Shown in pieces: positions 60,316-64,000 of a stretch of DNA of 64,000 nt. The notes beneath the pieces are model-generated. The model was given only the letters and a program-made list of their open reading frames with translations, was not told where the DNA came from and made no database searches. The first letter of the stretch is position 1, and every line of letters starts with the position of its first letter. Both the position numbers and the translations under genes were made by a program. This DNA comes from Candidatus Velthaea sp. (GTDB lineage: Bacteria > Vulcanimicrobiota > Vulcanimicrobiia > Vulcanimicrobiales > Vulcanimicrobiaceae): positions 416,001 to 480,000 of the forward strand of contig CBDCCS010000022.1 in NCBI GenBank assembly GCA_965214935.1, given 5' to 3'.

Positions 60316-60786
60316 ATGACACATGCGGAGCACGATCGATCGGCGAGCGAGGGACACTTACTGTACTTAGTGTTGCCGCCGACTGCGAGCTACGCGCGGT
60401 CAGCCCGTAATCGGGTTCTTGGATTTGTGCGCGATCGCGCGATCCCCGAGATCGATGCCTTTGATTTCCTGACGGCCTTCGGCGAGGCTTTGGCCAACGC
60501 GATCGAGCACGCCCGAAGCGGCAATATCGAAATCACGTGTCGCATGGTGGGTGCGCACGAGTTGGTCGCAACCGTCGTCGACAGCGGAATCGGCTTTGAT
60601 GCCGATCCGGCGTTGATCGGCGATGCGCATCTGCCGCCGGTCTTCGCCGAGCGCGGGCGCGGCTTTGCGATCATGAAGGAATGCACCGATCACGTCGTCG
60701 TTAACAGCGTGCCCGGCAAAGGCACGTCGGTCGTCTTGACGCGGTTCATCCGTCCCGGCCGGATGCAACAGCTCGCGGGCGCGTAA
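60316..60786 (+). CDS. RsbW/SpoIIAB-like anti-sigma factor kinase
   Basis: EALANAIEHA, DSGIGFD, ERGRGF, GTSVVL. Confidence 0.85.
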   Translation: MTHAEHDRSASEGHLLYLVLPPTASYARSARNRVLGFVRDRAIPEIDAFDFLTAFGEALANAIEHARSGNIEITCRMVGAHELVATVVDSGIGFDADPALIGDAHLPPVFAERGRGFAIMKECTDHVVVNSVPGKGTSVVLTRFIRPGRMQQLAGA

Positions 60787-60792
60787 AGTGTC

Positions 60793-60812
60793 GGGGTGAC
60801 TCGAGTCACCCC
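60793..60812 (+). promoter_or_regulatory. Perfect 20-bp palindrome GGGGTGACTCGAGTCACCCC containing GGTGA-N6-TCACC upstream of bchN
   Basis: Core 60795-60810; possible -10 GACAAT at 60833-60838 (22-nt spacer). Confidence 0.7.
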
Positions 60813-60889
60813 CAGCGTTCCTTAGAACGAGCGACAATGACGACGGACCGAAAGGTTCGCCGTCATTTTTTCGGAGGTCAGCGCCGCAC

Positions 60890-62158
60890 GTGTTCGAGCA
60901 GTCCCAAACGATCGAGCGTGATGATTTTTGCTCGCTCGCGCCGATCGGCTGGCTGCATCATAAGATGCAGGACAGCTTCTTTTTGGTCGTCGGCACGCAC
61001 TCGTGTCAGGGCTTTCTGCAAACCGCACTCGGCGTAATGATCTTTGCCAAACCGCGCTTTGCAACGGCGGTGTTGGACGAAGACGATCTCGCCGGCCGCG
61101 ATACGCTCGAAGCGGTCGCGCCGCTCGTCGAGCAAGTCGTCGCCGAACATCGCCCGGGTGCAATTTTCCTGGCATCGACGTGCACGCCCGAGATTTTAAA
61201 AATGAACGTCGCCGGTTGCGCGAAGCCGCTCGAAGCGTCGACCGGCGTCCGGATTTACCCGTGCCGGCTTGACGGCTTCGATCCGGCGTACACGCAGGGC
61301 GAAGACCACGTTTTGCAATCGATGCTCGAGCGCTGCCCGGTCACCGATGAAAAAAATATCGTTATTTTAGGGTGTCTTTCAGCCCTCGAAGAAGCGGAAA
61401 TCCGGTTGGAGTGCGCTGCGATCGGCCTGCCCGAACCGGTTTTTCTGCCGAACGAAAGCGCTCTCGATTTACCGCCGGTCGGCCCGAACACGGTGCTTGC
61501 CGCCGTCCATCCGTATTTGTTCGGTTCCGTTTCGTATGCCCAGCGCGAGCGCGGTTGTGCGATTCACAAAACGGTGTTTCCCTACGGGCCCGACGGGGCG
61601 CGCGCGTTTTACGAAACGCTCGCGGCGGCTTTCGGCACGACCGTTTCGTACGCCGACCGCGAGCGCGCCGCCTGGGCATCGTGCGAACGCGACGTCGTAG
61701 CGTTGCGCGGCCGATCGATCAGCTTTGTGTCCGATACGATGCTCGAGTTATCGCTCGCGCGAACCCTGCGCGCTGCCGGGATGCAGATTCAAACCGTCGG
61801 AACGCCCAACATCTATCGCAAATTTCATGCCCCGGAAAGTGCGCGCTTGGCCGGCGTCGATGTGCTGGAACGGCCGGACCGCTTTGAAATGTTCGCACGC
61901 TTACGCACCGGGCGGCCCGATCTCGTCGTTGCGAATCTCAACGTCGCCAACGCGCTTGAAGGGATGGGCTTCAACGTCAAGTGGGCGACGGAGTTGACGT
62001 TCCAACCGGTGACCGGCTTCAATGGAGCGCCGTCGCTCTACGGCATGTTTGCCGCATCGATGCGGCGCCACGACGCGCTGGCCCGTACGCGCGCCAGTTC
62101 GCAGACGCTGGCGATGCCGATCGATCTGTCGTTCTTTCGCGAAGCGGCACGGACGTGA
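60890..62158 (+). CDS. bchN: Dark-operative protochlorophyllide reductase subunit N
   Basis: FCSLAPIGWLH, FFLVVGTHSC, GVMIFAKPRFA, TCTPEILKM, TQGED; GGAGG RBS. Confidence 0.93.
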   Translation: MFEQSQTIERDDFCSLAPIGWLHHKMQDSFFLVVGTHSCQGFLQTALGVMIFAKPRFATAVLDEDDLAGRDTLEAVAPLVEQVVAEHRPGAIFLASTCTPEILKMNVAGCAKPLEASTGVRIYPCRLDGFDPAYTQGEDHVLQSMLERCPVTDEKNIVILGCLSALEEAEIRLECAAIGLPEPVFLPNESALDLPPVGPNTVLAAVHPYLFGSVSYAQRERGCAIHKTVFPYGPDGARAFYETLAAAFGTTVSYADRERAAWASCERDVVALRGRSISFVSDTMLELSLARTLRAAGMQIQTVGTPNIYRKFHAPESARLAGVDVLERPDRFEMFARLRTGRPDLVVANLNVANALEGMGFNVKWATELTFQPVTGFNGAPSLYGMFAASMRRHDALARTRASSQTLAMPIDLSFFREAART

Positions 62159-63684
62159 AATTAGCGCTCTGGTCGTATCAAGCGCCGGCGCACGTCGGCG
62201 TTTGCAAAGCGGCGGCGTCGTTTGCCGGCATTCACGCGGTATTACGCGCGCCCAAAGGCGATGGCTACGGCACGATCATGCTCGCGATGTTCGAGCGTTT
62301 AGGCGTCATTCCGCCGATCTCGGTTTGCGCGATGTCCGAAGCGACGCTGGCCGGCGCACCCGCGAACGTCCCGGCCGTCTTGCGCGAAGTTGATGCGCGG
62401 CTAAATCCTGAACTTATCGTCGTGACTCGCTCGGCGACCGCTGCAGTGTTGCAAGAGCCGCTCGACGGTGAAATCGCGATGATGGCGCCGGGCGACGTCA
62501 AGGCCGAAATCATGCTCGCCGCCGCCCATCCGGTGCGCGATAATGAAGTCAGCGGCTTCGCGACGACGCTACGTCAAATCGTCGCCCACTATGCGCGGGA
62601 CGTCGAACGCAGTGCAGCACCGTCGGTGAATATTTTCGGGCCGTCGCTACTGGGCTTTCACGACCATGCCAACGTGGCGTCATTGCGGCGCATGCTCGGA
62701 GCGCTCGGCATCGAGATCAACCTCATTGCACCGCTCGGCGCATCGCCCGAAGAGTTGCGTGACGTCGGCCGGGCGTGGGTCAATCTCTCGACGGCCCATG
62801 AATTGAGCGCGCCGACGATCGCCTATTTGCACGAGCGTTTTGAAACGCCGACCGTTGCGGCGCTACCGTTCGGTGAAGCGGGGACGACGCAATTTTTGCG
62901 CGAGCTCTGCGCGTTGCTGGAGATTCCCGCGCAGCGCATTACGCCGGCGGCACGGGACGCGAAACTGCTCTGGTACGCGCGAACCGTCGATGCGCACGCG
63001 CTTTCCGGCAAGCGGGTCGGCGTCTTCGGCACGCCGACGACGGCGGCCGGTATCGCGCGCGTCTTGCGCGAGGAACTCGACATGCAGATCGATTTCGTCG
63101 GCACCTACGTGGCGGCGTACGGCGACTGGTTGCGCGAGCGGGTGTCGGATCTCACCGATCACGTGATCGTCACCGACGACTTTCGGGTTGTCGCCCGGCT
63201 CATCGATGAGACGCGACCCGATATCATGTTCGGTTCGCAGATGGAACGTCACTCGGCGAGTGCCGTCGGCGTTCCGTGCGCGGTCATTTCACCGCCCGCG
63301 CACATTCTGAACTTTCCGCTTGGCTATGCGCCGTTCATCGGTTACGACGGAGCCAATCACATCGGCGACGTAGTCAACCAGACCCAAGTGCTAGGCCTCG
63401 AGCATCACTTGATCGAAACGTTCGGGCCGCGCAATCAAGGCCGTTTCGCCGAGGCGATGCCCGAAGGGCAAGAAGCCGTCGCCGTTGCGTCCGTTGCACC
63501 CGACGGCGGACCGGAACTGCATGCCCTGCGCTGGGATGCAGCCGCCGAAAAGCTCATCGCGCGCATCCCGTTCTTCGTCCGTAAAAAAGCGCGGACGAAT
63601 ATTGAAAAGTACGCGCGAGACAACGCAATCGGCGTCATCGACGAACGAACCGTGCTGGCGGCTCGCGAGCATGTCGGAGGCTGA
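62155..63684 (+). CDS. bchB: Dark-operative protochlorophyllide reductase subunit B
   Basis: MKLALWSYQAPAHVG, APKGDGY, GSQMERH, PCAVISPP, LGLEHHL, C-terminal IPFFVRKKAR domain; GTGA overlap with bchN. Confidence 0.93.
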   Translation: MKLALWSYQAPAHVGVCKAAASFAGIHAVLRAPKGDGYGTIMLAMFERLGVIPPISVCAMSEATLAGAPANVPAVLREVDARLNPELIVVTRSATAAVLQEPLDGEIAMMAPGDVKAEIMLAAAHPVRDNEVSGFATTLRQIVAHYARDVERSAAPSVNIFGPSLLGFHDHANVASLRRMLGALGIEINLIAPLGASPEELRDVGRAWVNLSTAHELSAPTIAYLHERFETPTVAALPFGEAGTTQFLRELCALLEIPAQRITPAARDAKLLWYARTVDAHALSGKRVGVFGTPTTAAGIARVLREELDMQIDFVGTYVAAYGDWLRERVSDLTDHVIVTDDFRVVARLIDETRPDIMFGSQMERHSASAVGVPCAVISPPAHILNFPLGYAPFIGYDGANHIGDVVNQTQVLGLEHHLIETFGPRNQGRFAEAMPEGQEAVAVASVAPDGGPELHALRWDAAAEKLIARIPFFVRKKARTNIEKYARDNAIGVIDERTVLAAREHVGG

Positions 63685-63688
63685 TGCA

Positions 63689-64000
63689 ATGGCACTAAAA
63701 ACGCCGCTCGAACCCGGCAACCCGGAACGTTCGGCGATCGGTGTTCGCAAACTCGGGCGCACTACCGTCGCTACCAGCATGCGCACGGTCGGCCAATTCG
63801 GCGCGATGATGCTGCCGTTCACCGACAAAGAAGCCGGTGCGGCGAAAATCAACGGCTCGCTCAAGACGTTTGCGAAACCGGGCACGTGGTTCGCCCCGAT
63901 GTGGGCAATCTTGGTCGGCTGCGTCGCGTCCGGTAACGCGCATTGGGACCTGCCCTCAATCGGCCGGATCGTTGCAGCGATGATTCTGGCCGGACCGTTG
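63689..64000 (+). CDS. bchG: (Bacterio)chlorophyll synthase, UbiA family, truncated by the window edge
   Basis: Manual translation from ATG 63689: ...FAKPGTWFAPMWAILVGCVASG...MILAGPL, matching the KP.TW..P.W...LAGPL N-terminus of BchG/ChlG. Confidence 0.82.
   Translation, partial: MALKTPLEPGNPERSAIGVRKLGRTTVATSMRTVGQFGAMMLPFTDKEAGAAKINGSLKTFAKPGTWFAPMWAILVGCVASGNAHWDLPSIGRIVAAMILAGPL

Noticed and set aside
60890..63684. Nitrogenase nifDK or bchYZ
   Set aside because: The N-terminal motifs and the C-terminal IPFFVR domain match BchN and BchB.
1..64000. rRNA, tRNA, transposase, integrase or prophage genes
   Set aside because: None recognised; the many remaining ORF-track entries are antisense or off-frame shadows typical of high-GC DNA.

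Overview
GC-rich, gene-dense bacterial window. Its main feature is a (bacterio)chlorophyll biosynthesis pathway spread over four loci instead of one photosynthesis gene cluster: bchM-acsF (11.2-13.1 kb), a fused BchI/BchD-type chelatase plus bchH (31.4-37.8 kb), bchL (39.9-40.7 kb) and bchN-bchB-bchG (60.9 kb to the window end). bchM, bchH, bchL and bchN are each preceded by the same Crp/Fnr-type palindrome, (G/C)GTGA-N6-TCACC. In three cases a TAGNNT -10 hexamer follows exactly 21 nt later, which is class II activated-promoter geometry. An unusual Crp/Fnr regulator with an extra N-terminal helical domain lies directly upstream of bchM. An ETR1-like ethylene-binding domain fused to PP2C and RsbW-like kinase domains lies between bchH and bchL. 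The rest of the window holds an Lhr/MPE/ligase/exonuclease repair set, an FeS-type photolyase, an SmtA-like metallothionein, lipid and sugar uptake genes, two frameshifted genes and an 81-bp tandem array of a palindromic element. The gene content fits an aerobic anoxygenic phototroph such as Eremiobacterota/Vulcanimicrobiota, but this is inference. No reaction-centre or bchXYZ genes are in the window. All calls come from motif recognition by eye; no database searches were run.
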